The notes: generated by a model from the letters alone, not told the origin. A stretch of 64,000 nucleotides of DNA from Nautiliaceae bacterium (GCA_039831155.1 JBDONT010000041.1:27974-91973); one strand, 5' to 3'; positions 47,319 to 57,265 are shown, counted from the first letter of the stretch. Translations and numbers: made by a program.

Positions 47319-47747
47319 TTATTTTATAATTTCTAAAGGAGTGTCTTGTTTATATAGTTTCCCGTGGTATTTTTTTATATTTAAAACTACCGGTACCTCA
47401 TAGATATTAAGGTATTGAATGATTTTGATTATAGTGTTTATACCGGCTGTTGTATAGAGTACGTTTTTGTATTTTTTTCTTTGTTGGTAGATATCTATTG
47501 CGAGAATTGGGTGTTTTGTTTTTATTTTTGAGATAAGGGTATTTAGGTCGTTCATTCTTGAAGAAAATATTATTAGCGTATACTCTTTTTCTTTAGGTTC
47601 GAAAATATCGTTCTTTTCATATAGGATTATTTTATTAAAATCCAAAAATTTATATTCTTTGAATTTATAATTATAGTAAAAGAAAAAAGCCGCAACCATT
47701 AACGCTCCGAAAAAGGAGCTGAATGTATAAAAAAATCTGCTTTTCAA
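47319..47747 (-). CDS. Membrane-anchored hypothetical protein, possibly a Cys-less thioredoxin-like fold
   Basis: TTG start abutting the trxA stop; N-terminal TM; LNIYEVP cis-Pro-like loop. Confidence 0.6.
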   Translation of the reverse strand: MKSRFFYTFSSFFGALMVAAFFFYYNYKFKEYKFLDFNKIILYEKNDIFEPKEKEYTLIIFSSRMNDLNTLISKIKTKHPILAIDIYQQRKKYKNVLYTTAGINTIIKIIQYLNIYEVPVVLNIKKYHGKLYKQDTPLEIIK

Positions 47748-48065
47748 TTAAGAAAGAAGAGCATTGATTTTTTCAGTATAAATACCTTTAGGAGCGGCTC
47801 CTATCATTTGGTCTACTAATTCTCCGTTTTTAAAGAATAAAACGGTAGGAATACTTCTAATTCCGAATTTTGCTGCAATTTCCGGAGCTTCGTCAGTGTT
47901 TACTTTTGCGATTACCACTTTTCCTTCAAAGTCTTTTGAAAGTTCTTCAATAGTTGGTGCAAGCATTCTACAAGGACCACACCAAGGTGCCCAGAAGTCT
48001 ACTACTACTACTTCATTATTTTTTATTGTATCTACGAAATTTTGTCCGTTTAATTCTAAAGCCAT
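47748..48065 (-). CDS. trxA: Thioredoxin
   Basis: WAPWCGPC, IRSIPT. Confidence 0.97.
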   Translation of the reverse strand: MALELNGQNFVDTIKNNEVVVVDFWAPWCGPCRMLAPTIEELSKDFEGKVVIAKVNTDEAPEIAAKFGIRSIPTVLFFKNGELVDQMIGAAPKGIYTEKINALLS

Positions 48066-48164
48066 AATTTCTCCTTATTTTTTTATTTTTTATTATAACA
48101 AAAAAAGACAATTTTTCTCATTAATTAAAGACGTTTTAAGAAATTTTGTTTTAATATGGATATG

Positions 48165-48187
48165 AAATATCGCAAAAAGCGATATTT
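48165..48187. terminator. Hairpin downstream of the psrABC-like operon
   Basis: AAATATCGC-AAAAA-GCGATATTT perfect 9-bp stem. Confidence 0.6.
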
Positions 48188-48194
48188 TTAATGT

Positions 48195-49490
48195 TTAAGA
48201 ATTGTCATTCACATCTCTTATTGCGAATACGGAATCTAAAATCGAATAAATAGCAAGTCCTAATCCTAAACATCCTATTACTATTAAAATTTCCATTGTA
48301 TGAGCCGGAACGTATGCGTAAGGGGTTAACTCCGCTAAATTATAAATACTTGTCGCTTGAGGTCCTAAGCCTTCAACTCTTTCACTCATAGGGACTATAT
48401 TACCTCCGTATGTAAATGTTTGTCTCATAAAAAACGTACCTATAATCGCAAAAACACTTCCTATAATAATTAAAATCTCTTTTTTTGAGTTCCATAGCGT
48501 TAAAGGAATTATTAAACCTAAAATAATCCATGTCCAATACATTACTGAAACGGGGCTTTTGCTTATGATTAAATCCATCCATTTAGAGTCTACGCTTAGG
48601 CAATTTATTATTTCGTAAATCAAAGCTAAAGCGGCAATTACAATTCCCGTTTTTGTTAATAAGTTTAAAGTTTCTTTATAATAGACTTTGTCTCTTAAAG
48701 CTAAAAAACTGAATATAATTGCTCCCGCTACTGCAGTAAGTGCACCGGTAATTAAGAAATATAACCATAATAGAGGAATATCCGTCCATAAATGTCTAGG
48801 GTCGTTTAAGTTAAATAATAGACCTTGAATATAAAATTCTGCGATATCGATAATAATTCCTAAAATTACTAAAACACCGGCCACTTTTCTTGCTAAGACC
48901 CTTTTATTTGTTATAAGAAAGTAAATTTCAATAAAAGTAAACGGAATGTAAACACTGTATAAAGGCATCATAAGCCACATACCGCTTTGAGGTTGAGGAT
49001 TTAATACCATCCAATAGATGTTGATTTGGTTAGCAAGGTCGGTTGCGATTGATACGAGTCCGCCAAATACCATAGAAATACCGAAAGTAATAAATGCCGC
49101 CGCAACTTTAGGAGCTGTTTTTACGTGAAAAAGTTCGGCAAGTGCGGTTAAGAAAATTAAAGCACTACCGCCGTATAGCAAATAAGTGTATTGAGATACG
49201 AAAATTCCCCAAGGTTCGGCTTTGTTTACTTCTTCGATATGTTCTAAATGAAAGATTTGTTCTTTTAGGGCTATTGCAACCTGTTTGGATTCTTCCAAAT
49301 GATCGGCGGCTGCTATAATACTTGCATTATTTACGAATTCGTGTGCCCATCTTAGAGTAAAAATTTCATACCATCCGATTATACCTATTGCAAGTAAAAT
49401 ATAAGCGATTAACATAGTTTTATTAAAAAGAAGTTCTTTTATGCTTACTTTTCTTATGTTAAGTCCGCAACAATTAATATATTCCTTCAT
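48195..49490 (-). CDS. NrfD/PsrC-family membrane anchor subunit
   Basis: PWG..V..Y.Y...G, DL...., QSGMW, W....L...FL; multi-TM; third gene of a Mo-enzyme operon. Confidence 0.88.
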   Translation of the reverse strand: MKEYINCCGLNIRKVSIKELLFNKTMLIAYILLAIGIIGWYEIFTLRWAHEFVNNASIIAAADHLEESKQVAIALKEQIFHLEHIEEVNKAEPWGIFVSQYTYLLYGGSALIFLTALAELFHVKTAPKVAAAFITFGISMVFGGLVSIATDLANQINIYWMVLNPQPQSGMWLMMPLYSVYIPFTFIEIYFLITNKRVLARKVAGVLVILGIIIDIAEFYIQGLLFNLNDPRHLWTDIPLLWLYFLITGALTAVAGAIIFSFLALRDKVYYKETLNLLTKTGIVIAALALIYEIINCLSVDSKWMDLIISKSPVSVMYWTWIILGLIIPLTLWNSKKEILIIIGSVFAIIGTFFMRQTFTYGGNIVPMSERVEGLGPQATSIYNLAELTPYAYVPAHTMEILIVIGCLGLGLAIYSILDSVFAIRDVNDNS

Positions 49491-49499
49491 ACTAGCTCC

Positions 49500-50168
49500 T
49501 TACGCTTTTTTCCACTCAGGCTTTTTAGCTTTTGCCTCAGTTTTATATTTTACTTTAAATTCGCCCCATTTGTGTTTTGTAACGTTTCCTAATGTTCTTT
49601 GTGCATACTCTTGGTCTTCCGGTACCAAATAAAAAAGTTTAGGAAGAGTTTTTTCATCTTCTTTAAGTACGAAAAACTCTCTTTTTTCTAAAATTTTTAC
49701 AATATCGGAATTAGGGTCTTCCAAATCACCGAACGTTCTAACTTTCGTAGGACAAGTCGCACTACAAGCAGTTGTTCCGTATTCTTGAATTCTTCCGTCA
49801 CAAAACGTACATTTATCAACTGCGTGTCTTGTTTCGTCTACGAATCTTGCTTCGTAAGGGCACGCTTCCATACAACCTTTACATATAATACACATATCGT
49901 AATCGACTTTTACAATTCCGCCTTCAGCAAAGTGAGAGGCACCGGTAGGGCAAACGGTTACGCACGGAGCGTCTTCACAATGATTACATTGGGAAGGATA
50001 AAAGTTTAAAAAGGTATCGGCTAAAGTCGTACCGCCTTCAACTATTCCAACCCAAATTCTTTGTTTGTCGGCACCGAGCATTACACCGTTTTCATCTTTA
50101 CAAGCCACTTCACATGCTCTGCAATCGATACAGTTTTGATATTCAAGTGCCATTGCATAGTTTGCCAT
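49500..50168 (-). CDS. Four-cluster Fe-S subunit (PsrB/NrfC-like)
   Basis: CIDCRACEVAC, CNHCEDAPCVTVCP, CIICKGCMEACP, KCTFC...C...CP. Confidence 0.93.
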   Translation of the reverse strand: MANYAMALEYQNCIDCRACEVACKDENGVMLGADKQRIWVGIVEGGTTLADTFLNFYPSQCNHCEDAPCVTVCPTGASHFAEGGIVKVDYDMCIICKGCMEACPYEARFVDETRHAVDKCTFCDGRIQEYGTTACSATCPTKVRTFGDLEDPNSDIVKILEKREFFVLKEDEKTLPKLFYLVPEDQEYAQRTLGNVTKHKWGEFKVKYKTEAKAKKPEWKKA

Positions 50169-50171
50169 TTG

Positions 50172-52823
50172 TTACACCTTTCTTATTTTTACAAAAGTTT
50201 CGTTCATACTAGCAGCTCCTATAATAGGGTCTGTGTGGTCTTCTGCGATTGCCGCTTGAGATATACCGTTATTTTCACCAAGTGTAAGCATAGGGGATTT
50301 GCTTCCCATTCCAGTTGCTACGAAAATCGTATCTTTTCTTATTCTTTTAGTAGGATATACTTTTCCTTTTATTTTTTGTCCGGTTCTGTTTGTAAGTTCC
50401 ACTTCGTCTTTGAATTTGACTCCAAGCTCACGTGCTAGTTCGTCGTTAATCCAAATGTAGTTATAATTCATCAAATCAAGTAATAAGTAGTTATTAGGAT
50501 GAGAACTTTGAGTAAAGTAACCGTGTCTTCCAACTACAAGTCTTACTTGATTGTTTTTAGGTTCTTCAAACAGTGAATCTCTCCATTTAGGAAATTTATG
50601 TAGCGTTTCTTCTTTTCCGTTTATAGGATTTTTGAATTTTTTACCATCTATGTTTTTAAGAGAAACGTTAATCCATTTACCTTTTTTAGGAACTATGCAG
50701 TAATCTTTCGGTAAGGTTGAATATTTTTCGTATAATTCATAAACGGCGGCAGCTTTATCTCGGTATTCTTTTTTTAAGGTTTTTAAATGAGTATCTACCG
50801 CTTCTTCCACCGCTTTTTCGATTCCCGGCCAATAAGCTCCGTATTTTTGTGCTATTTTTGCGGCTTTTTTACCGTATATTTCACTCATAACTTCTTCGTT
50901 GAACTCTTCCGGAGATTTGTCGTAAGCCTTGCTTAATTTGAATGTCGTGATATCCAAGTCGTCTTCTCCGGCGTGTTCTAAAATAGCTTTTAAAAGTTTT
51001 TCGTCTTTGATATCCGCTTTTAATTTGCTTTCGTTAATTTCGAAATCGTCGGTTAAATATTTAGCCAAATTAAAGTTTTTAGGTAATTTTACACCTAGTT
51101 CTTCCTCATCCCATGTATATTTGAACGTAATAGCCGCTAAATCTTTTTCCAATTTTTTGCTTAATTCTTTCATAATTTCATAAAGAGGTTTTGTCGAATA
51201 CATAGGTATCATCGTTTTATTTCTCCAACCTATTAAAGGTTCGCATAAAGTTGAAAAAGATTTGATAGGAGAGGTTCTTTCCAAATAAGTGGTATCCGGT
51301 AAAATAACGTCGGCATACATTGCCGTGTCGTTTGGAATAATGTCAATTACAACCACTAAATCCATAGTATCGAACATTTCAGCCGTTTTTTCATATCCGG
51401 GAACCGATTGCATAGGATTTTCTCTATAAATGAACATTCCTCTTACCGGGTATTCTCCTTCGGCTAACTTTTTGTCTTTTTTCCATTTTGTGTTAATTTC
51501 GTGAACTTTGTTTCTAAAGATTTGCCAAGAACCTTTTGTCGGGTTAAGTAGAGGGAATTCTCCGTCTTTATTCGTAGATATATCGATTCTTGTTTGAGCG
51601 TTATCGTAAATAGGAAAGTCTTCATATTCGTAGTTTTCAATTTTAAGACCTCTTCCTAATAATACTCCTCCCGGTCTGTTTACACATCCGTGAAGTACGT
51701 TAAAGATAGCTTGAGCACGTCTAAAATCAAAATCTTGATAATACCAAGTTGATTTTCTACTTCTATAGCAGTTTGCGGCACCTTTGCTCTCTTCCGCAGC
51801 GTCACTGAATTCTTTAGTTATTCTTTTTATGGTATCGACAGGAATTTCGGTTATTTCACTAGCCCATTTAGGAGTGTATTTACTTCCTTCTCCGGTTGTG
51901 AAATACTCTATTAATTCATCGATTCCTTCGACTTGTTTTAAATAATCGGTTTTGTAAGGAGTTTTATAATATCCTTGATTAATAGTTTCGTGAATCATAG
52001 CAAGCATTAAAGCAAGGTCGGTACCCGGTTTAATCGGTATGAATTCGTCCGCTTGAGCCGCCGTATTAGTATATCTTATATCGATATAAACTATTTTAGT
52101 TCCTCTTTTATGGGTGTTTTTAAATAAATCCAGAGTATCCGGAGTAACTATTGCCTCCGCTCTATTAGCTCCTAGCATTAGGACATATTTACTTTTTTTA
52201 AAATCGGCACTTCCCCAGCTTCCGAATATAAGTTTGTTTGCCATAAAAGCGGGAGCGAAACATGTCGTAAAATGGTCTACGAAGTTTCCGCTACCGATTC
52301 CGTTAGCAAAAGTAGTAAACAGAGGTTCTTCAGCACCGGCACCGGCACCGAAAGCTATTGTGCTTCTGTTGTCTTTTTCTTCATCCAAAATTTTAACCAT
52401 CTTTTGTCTGATATATTCATATGCTTCTTCCCATGTGGCTTTTCTGTACTTTCCTTCTCCTCTTTTTCCCACTCTGATTAACGGCCATTTGAGCCTGTCC
52501 GGGTCGTATGCCGCCGCAATTCCGGCATTTCCTCTGGCACATAAAAAGTTTCTTGATTTTGTAAATAGAGGGTTTGGGTCTAATTTTACAACTTTTCCGT
52601 CTATGTTTCTTGCTATCGCACCGCACATATTTACACACATACCGCAAAATGTAGCGATGTATTTGGCGTTTTTTATCTCTTTTTCTTTTTGTTCTTTAGC
52701 TTCTAATGCGTCGTCGTAAGGGTTAAACGCATTTGCCGAAGTTGTAGCAACTGCAACACCCGCTGCAGCTGCCGCAGAGCCTTTTAAAAAGTTTCTTCTT
52801 TTTAAGTCTATAATTTCAGACAT
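50172..52823 (-). CDS. Tat-exported molybdopterin oxidoreductase, polysulfide/thiosulfate reductase (PsrA/PhsA) clade
   Basis: KRRNFLK Tat motif, CGMCVNMC...C FS0 cluster, GS.N...H.TTC putative Mo-ligand Cys, ADVILP..TYLER. Confidence 0.85.
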   Translation of the reverse strand: MSEIIDLKRRNFLKGSAAAAAGVAVATTSANAFNPYDDALEAKEQKEKEIKNAKYIATFCGMCVNMCGAIARNIDGKVVKLDPNPLFTKSRNFLCARGNAGIAAAYDPDRLKWPLIRVGKRGEGKYRKATWEEAYEYIRQKMVKILDEEKDNRSTIAFGAGAGAEEPLFTTFANGIGSGNFVDHFTTCFAPAFMANKLIFGSWGSADFKKSKYVLMLGANRAEAIVTPDTLDLFKNTHKRGTKIVYIDIRYTNTAAQADEFIPIKPGTDLALMLAMIHETINQGYYKTPYKTDYLKQVEGIDELIEYFTTGEGSKYTPKWASEITEIPVDTIKRITKEFSDAAEESKGAANCYRSRKSTWYYQDFDFRRAQAIFNVLHGCVNRPGGVLLGRGLKIENYEYEDFPIYDNAQTRIDISTNKDGEFPLLNPTKGSWQIFRNKVHEINTKWKKDKKLAEGEYPVRGMFIYRENPMQSVPGYEKTAEMFDTMDLVVVIDIIPNDTAMYADVILPDTTYLERTSPIKSFSTLCEPLIGWRNKTMIPMYSTKPLYEIMKELSKKLEKDLAAITFKYTWDEEELGVKLPKNFNLAKYLTDDFEINESKLKADIKDEKLLKAILEHAGEDDLDITTFKLSKAYDKSPEEFNEEVMSEIYGKKAAKIAQKYGAYWPGIEKAVEEAVDTHLKTLKKEYRDKAAAVYELYEKYSTLPKDYCIVPKKGKWINVSLKNIDGKKFKNPINGKEETLHKFPKWRDSLFEEPKNNQVRLVVGRHGYFTQSSHPNNYLLLDLMNYNYIWINDELARELGVKFKDEVELTNRTGQKIKGKVYPTKRIRKDTIFVATGMGSKSPMLTLGENNGISQAAIAEDHTDPIIGAASMNETFVKIRKV

Positions 52824-52878
52824 TGATTCTCCTTTTAGGAATTTAACGAATTTATGATATCAAAAAAAATAAAAAAAC

Positions 52879-52896
52879 AAGTGCCGAGAGGCACTT
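52879..52896 (-). terminator. Rho-independent terminator of the DUF3373-like gene
   Basis: AAGTGCC-GAGA-GGCACTT stem followed on the minus strand by long T runs. Confidence 0.75.
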
Positions 52897-52922
52897 ATAA
52901 GTTTAAATTATAATTGAAGAAA

Positions 52923-54362
52923 TTAAAATTGATATCTGATGAATGCTCTTATATCAGTTGCTTTTGTTACGTAAGGCATTTTATATTTGGTATAAATGTC
53001 AGGGTCGGTCATCATACCGAAGAATCCGTCACTTCCCGGATAATCATATTTTAGATAAGTCGCTCTTATACCGGCTGTTAAATGAGGTATGATTTGAGTG
53101 TTATAGTAAGCGTCTATCGCTTTACCTCTAACAGAAGCGATACTTCCTACTAAAGTATCTTCTCCGTATGTGAAATTTCTCCAATATTTGCTTCCTTTTA
53201 CAAAGCTGATACCGAATCTGTCGTTATCATTAACTCCCGGCATATCCGCACCAATCCATACGCTGTATCCGGAATGTGATTGAGATTCGATGTTGCCTTC
53301 AGGAGTATTTACGTAAGTGTATGTTCCGTTTGCGTGAGTTTTGCTGTAACCGAATGAAACGAACGCTTTTGTATCGTCAAGAAAATCACTAATTTCATCA
53401 CCGATTCCGTCCGCTTTGAAGATAATGTTTTCACCGAAATAGTTACCGAAGTTTTTCATAGTTGGAGTTTTTGTAGTCATATCCAATTGATAACCTTGAA
53501 CGTTATAAGCCCATATCGTTTCACTCCATACCGAATATTGTCCGTTATCGTAAGGAACTAAAATAAATCCTGTAAAATCCATATTTTCTAAAGCGGTTTT
53601 TGCGTAGTTTCTTCCTAGGTTGAGGTTGTCGTTAAATTTACCGGTTGAGCTGGAATATCCTCTACCGGCACAGAATTTAATCCAAGTTCCCCAGTCGCTG
53701 AATTTATCCGAAAGTTTAGAAACTTCCCCGTTTCCTATTTTGAAACTAAACCCGTCAAATTCCATATTGATTAAATGTGCTAAAGGACTTTCCGGTTCGT
53801 CTCCTTCTCTTAAGTTTGCCGGATAGCCTTCGGTTGCCGGACGTCTTCCGGCACTAAACATAAAATCATCACCGAATTCGTAATTAAAAAACGCTTCTTT
53901 TACTCTTAGTGTAATATCGTCCGGTGTTTCGTTTGCAAACCAAGGTGTGTTTTGCCAAATACCGTTTTCACTGTTCATTCCATAGATGTTATTGGCTTCG
54001 ATTTTTACTGTTGCTTTTAGATTGTCGCTAGGTTTTGCAACACCTGTTAAAATAACTCTGTTTGTAAGGATGTTGTTTGTATAACTTTTAGACGGATGTA
54101 AAACATTAGAAGAATCCATCCATTCAGATACAGTTTGTGAAATAAAGTCGTAAGTGGTTCTTAAATCATAGCTCCAAAATAAATGGTCGTTCGCTACAAT
54201 AGGTGCTACTTTTTTGTAGTATCTGTCGTTTTGTTCTGTTTGTTTCGCTTTTAATTCTTTTATTTGCTGTTGTAAATCGTTGATTTGTTTTTGTAACGAA
54301 TCTATGTTAGGTGTTGCGAATAGACCTACTATTACGGTTGTAGATAAAAATAGTTTTTTCAT
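52923..54362 (-). CDS. DUF3373-like outer-membrane beta-barrel protein
   Basis: Signal peptide, N-terminal coiled coil, GRRP.T.G.P, FDG, C-terminal RYQF barrel signal. Confidence 0.8.
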   Translation of the reverse strand: MKKLFLSTTVIVGLFATPNIDSLQKQINDLQQQIKELKAKQTEQNDRYYKKVAPIVANDHLFWSYDLRTTYDFISQTVSEWMDSSNVLHPSKSYTNNILTNRVILTGVAKPSDNLKATVKIEANNIYGMNSENGIWQNTPWFANETPDDITLRVKEAFFNYEFGDDFMFSAGRRPATEGYPANLREGDEPESPLAHLINMEFDGFSFKIGNGEVSKLSDKFSDWGTWIKFCAGRGYSSSTGKFNDNLNLGRNYAKTALENMDFTGFILVPYDNGQYSVWSETIWAYNVQGYQLDMTTKTPTMKNFGNYFGENIIFKADGIGDEISDFLDDTKAFVSFGYSKTHANGTYTYVNTPEGNIESQSHSGYSVWIGADMPGVNDNDRFGISFVKGSKYWRNFTYGEDTLVGSIASVRGKAIDAYYNTQIIPHLTAGIRATYLKYDYPGSDGFFGMMTDPDIYTKYKMPYVTKATDIRAFIRYQF

Positions 54363-54479
54363 TTTTTTCTCCTTTGATTTTTTCTTAAAAGGCGGTTTGA
54401 TTGAATTTTTATAAAAAACTCTGCGTCTTTAATAATGGTAAAGTTCAGTGAATGAATAAAGATTCAATTCACTAAAAAA

Positions 54480-54511
54480 ATGATAACTCTAAAAACTTAA
54501 AGTCGGCTTAA
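54480..54511 (-). promoter_or_regulatory. Putative promoter of the DUF3373-like gene with a TTAAG-N6-TTAAG direct repeat
   Basis: Minus-strand TATCAT -10 (54480-54485); repeat at 54496-54511, 10 bp upstream. Confidence 0.4.
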
Positions 54512-54577
54512 TATAAGAATAAATTATGGATAATTTGTAAGATTATTTTTGATATAATTTCAGAAAAAAGGGTTTCT

Positions 54578-55339
54578 TTGAAAGAAAAAGCATATATTTT
54601 ATTAGCAAAGCAAGAGGGTATCTCAAATAGAGCCGCAAAAGAGCTTATTGACAGAGGACTTGTTTATGCTAAAGACAAAAAAATAAAAATAGCAAGAGGA
54701 CTACTTCCGGCTGATACTAAATTTAAAGTTTTAAAGGTTCCAAAGCCTAAAAAAATTTTTGAAGATAAAAATTTAATAGCTATTGATAAACCTCCTTATA
54801 TAACAAGCGAAGAGATATCAAAAATGTTTAAAGCCGATTTGCTCCATAGGCTTGATAAAGAGACAAGTGGGGTTTTGGTTTTGGTAAAAGATGAATCGTT
54901 TAGAAAAAAAGCTATAGAAGAGTTTAGAAAAAAAAGAGTTTATAAAGAGTATTTGGCGTGGGTTAGCGGAATAGTGGCCGAACCTATGGTTATAGATTTT
55001 CCTATAAAAGTTATTAAAACAAAAATGGGAGCGATTGCCAAAATTTCAAAAGACGGAGAAGACGCTATAACCGAAATCGAACCTATTTTGGCTTTTAGGA
55101 CCAAATCCAAAATAAAAGCCGTAATTCATACCGGAAAAACTCATCAAATAAGGGTTCATTTAAAAGCAGTGGAACATCCTATTATCGGTGATGAAAAATA
55201 TGGAGGCGAACCTTATAAGAGAGTAATGCTTCATCATCATAAATTTAAAATTTTTGATTATGAGTTTGTATCAAACGAACCGAGCGACTTTAAGATGCAA
55301 GAAGAGATTAACACCTATAGAAAAAAGAAAAAAAGATAA
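54578..55339 (+). CDS. RluA-family pseudouridine synthase with S4-like N-terminus
   Basis: HRLDKETSG, TGKTHQIRVH, GD.KYG; TTG start after a TGATATAAT promoter. Confidence 0.93.
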   Translation: MKEKAYILLAKQEGISNRAAKELIDRGLVYAKDKKIKIARGLLPADTKFKVLKVPKPKKIFEDKNLIAIDKPPYITSEEISKMFKADLLHRLDKETSGVLVLVKDESFRKKAIEEFRKKRVYKEYLAWVSGIVAEPMVIDFPIKVIKTKMGAIAKISKDGEDAITEIEPILAFRTKSKIKAVIHTGKTHQIRVHLKAVEHPIIGDEKYGGEPYKRVMLHHHKFKIFDYEFVSNEPSDFKMQEEINTYRKKKKR

Positions 55340-55348
55340 GGGAGAGTT

Positions 55349-56698
55349 ATGTTTGATAGAATAAGTGACGGATTTAGAAGTGCTATTAACAAAATGAGAA
55401 TGAAAGATGACGAAAAAGCACTTAAAAAAGCATTGGACGAACTTAAAAAGAGTTTGTTAAAAGCGGATGTTCATTTTAAAGTGGTAAAAGAACTTTTAAA
55501 AGATGTTGAAAAAGAGACTAAAAAAGAGGGGATAGGTAGGGCTAGTTTCTTAAAGGCTCTTGAAAATGCTTTAATTAAAATTTTGACGGCTCCCGGGAAT
55601 TACGGATTTGTTTATTCCAATAAACCTCCTACAGTCGCTTTAATGACCGGTCTTCAAGGTAGTGGTAAAACAACAACCACTGCAAAACTTGCTTATTATT
55701 TAAAAAACTTTAAAAAGAAAAAGGTTTTAATGGTCGCAGCAGACCTTCAAAGACTTGCAGCCGTTGAACAGTTAAAGCAGTTGGCTGAACAAAACGATTT
55801 GGATATTTATTATGAAGAGGGGGCTAAAAATGCCGTTGAGGTTGCTAAAAATGGAGTAAAGTTTGCAAAAGAGAAATATTATGATGTTGTTTTAATAGAT
55901 ACTGCCGGGCGTTTGGCTATTGATGAAGAACTTATGAACGAGCTTGTGGAAATTAAAAAACAGTTAAATCCGGATGAGATTTTTTACGTAGCAGATTCGT
56001 TAACCGGTAAAGACGCTTTAAATACTGCAAAACAGTTTGACGAAAAACTTGATATTACGGGAGTTATTCTTACTAAATATGACGGGGATTCAAAAGGTGG
56101 AGTTGCGTTAAGTATCGCTCATCAGGTAGGAAAACCTCTAAGATTTATAGGTACCGGAGAGAAAGTTCCGGATTTGGAGGTGTTTGTACCCGATAGAATA
56201 GTAAGCCGTATAATGGGGGCTGGGGATATAGAGAGTTTAGTTGAAAAAACGGCAGCCGTAATAGATGAAAAAGAGGCTAAAAAACTTACGAAAAAAATAA
56301 AAAAAGGCAAGTTTAACTACGAAGACTTTTTAAATCAGCTAGAACAGATGAAAAAACTAGGAAGTATGAAAAATCTTTTGGGAATGATTCCCGGAATGGG
56401 AAATATGTTAAAACAAATAGGTGATATAGACCTTGAAAACTCTTCTGAAATAAAAAAAATAAAAGCTATGATTAGTTCTATGACTCCGAAAGAGAGACAA
56501 AATCCGGAATTAATTAAAGAGTCCGCAAGCAGACGTAGAAGAATTGCAAAAGGTGCCGGGCTTAGCGTACAAGAGATAAACAGAATTAATAAACAGTTCC
56601 AACACGCTGCAAAAATGGCTAAGAAATTTGCCGGTAAAAAGATACCTAATATGAATGAGCTTATGAAAATGGCTAAAGGGTTGAATTTTCCTAAATAA
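55349..56698 (+). CDS. ffh: Signal recognition particle protein
   Basis: GLQGSGKTTT, DTAGR, TKYDGD.KGG, M domain SMT..ER...SRRRRIA.G. Confidence 0.98.
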   Translation: MFDRISDGFRSAINKMRMKDDEKALKKALDELKKSLLKADVHFKVVKELLKDVEKETKKEGIGRASFLKALENALIKILTAPGNYGFVYSNKPPTVALMTGLQGSGKTTTTAKLAYYLKNFKKKKVLMVAADLQRLAAVEQLKQLAEQNDLDIYYEEGAKNAVEVAKNGVKFAKEKYYDVVLIDTAGRLAIDEELMNELVEIKKQLNPDEIFYVADSLTGKDALNTAKQFDEKLDITGVILTKYDGDSKGGVALSIAHQVGKPLRFIGTGEKVPDLEVFVPDRIVSRIMGAGDIESLVEKTAAVIDEKEAKKLTKKIKKGKFNYEDFLNQLEQMKKLGSMKNLLGMIPGMGNMLKQIGDIDLENSSEIKKIKAMISSMTPKERQNPELIKESASRRRRIAKGAGLSVQEINRINKQFQHAAKMAKKFAGKKIPNMNELMKMAKGLNFPK

Positions 56699-56777
56699 TA
56701 TATTAAAATTCCACATTAATTTGTACTAGGGTAGGCTAGGGTGGGATAAAAATAAAAAATAAATTTAAGGAGTAAGC

Positions 56778-57023
56778 GTGGTAAAAATTAGACTTGCAAG
56801 ATTCGGTAGAAAAAAAAGACCTTTTTATAGAGTAGTTGTAACAGACAGCAGAAAAAGAAGAGATTCCGGATGGATTGAATCAATCGGATATTATAACCCG
56901 ATGACTGAACCGACTACAGTTAAAATTGACTTAGAGAGATTAAATTATTGGTTGGGTGTTGGTGCTCAAATGAGCGAAAGAGTTGCTAAACTTAAAAAAA
57001 TAGTAGAGGAAAATAAAGCTTAA
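56778..57023 (+). CDS. rpsP: 30S ribosomal protein S16
   Basis: VKIRLAR.G.KKRPFYR; GTG start with SD. Confidence 0.97.
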   Translation: MVKIRLARFGRKKRPFYRVVVTDSRKRRDSGWIESIGYYNPMTEPTTVKIDLERLNYWLGVGAQMSERVAKLKKIVEENKA

Positions 57024-57265
57024 TGGTCGTTGACTTTGTAACGGAATATGCAAAGCTTTTATCTTTCGAACCGGATGCAGTAAGAGTTGAGGTTGTACCT
57101 CATGAAGATTTTGATGAAATTTTAATTTTCGCTAAAAAAGCGGATGTAGGTAGAATAATAGGTAAAGAAGGCTCGATGGTAAAAGCTATTAAAACCGTTA
57201 TTAGTGGTTGTCGTGCTAAAGAAGACAAAAACTATAAAATTACGGTAAAGACGGAAGATGAATAA
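57023..57265 (+). CDS. khpA: KH-domain RNA-binding protein (KhpA/YlqC)
   Basis: D.GRIIGKEG GxxG loop; rpsP-rimM position. Confidence 0.9.
   Translation: MVVDFVTEYAKLLSFEPDAVRVEVVPHEDFDEILIFAKKADVGRIIGKEGSMVKAIKTVISGCRAKEDKNYKITVKTEDE

Noticed and set aside
52114-52719. 201-aa plus-strand ORF
   Set aside because: Antisense to the conserved psrA-like gene; no SD or motif
54363-54577. Possible Moco/Wco riboswitch upstream of the Mo-enzyme region
   Set aside because: Only one AU-rich hairpin; no recognisable multi-stem Moco RNA
56699-56777. CTAGGGT repeated twice between ffh and rpsP; possible SRP RNA
   Set aside because: Too short, and lacks the SRP GGAA-loop helix
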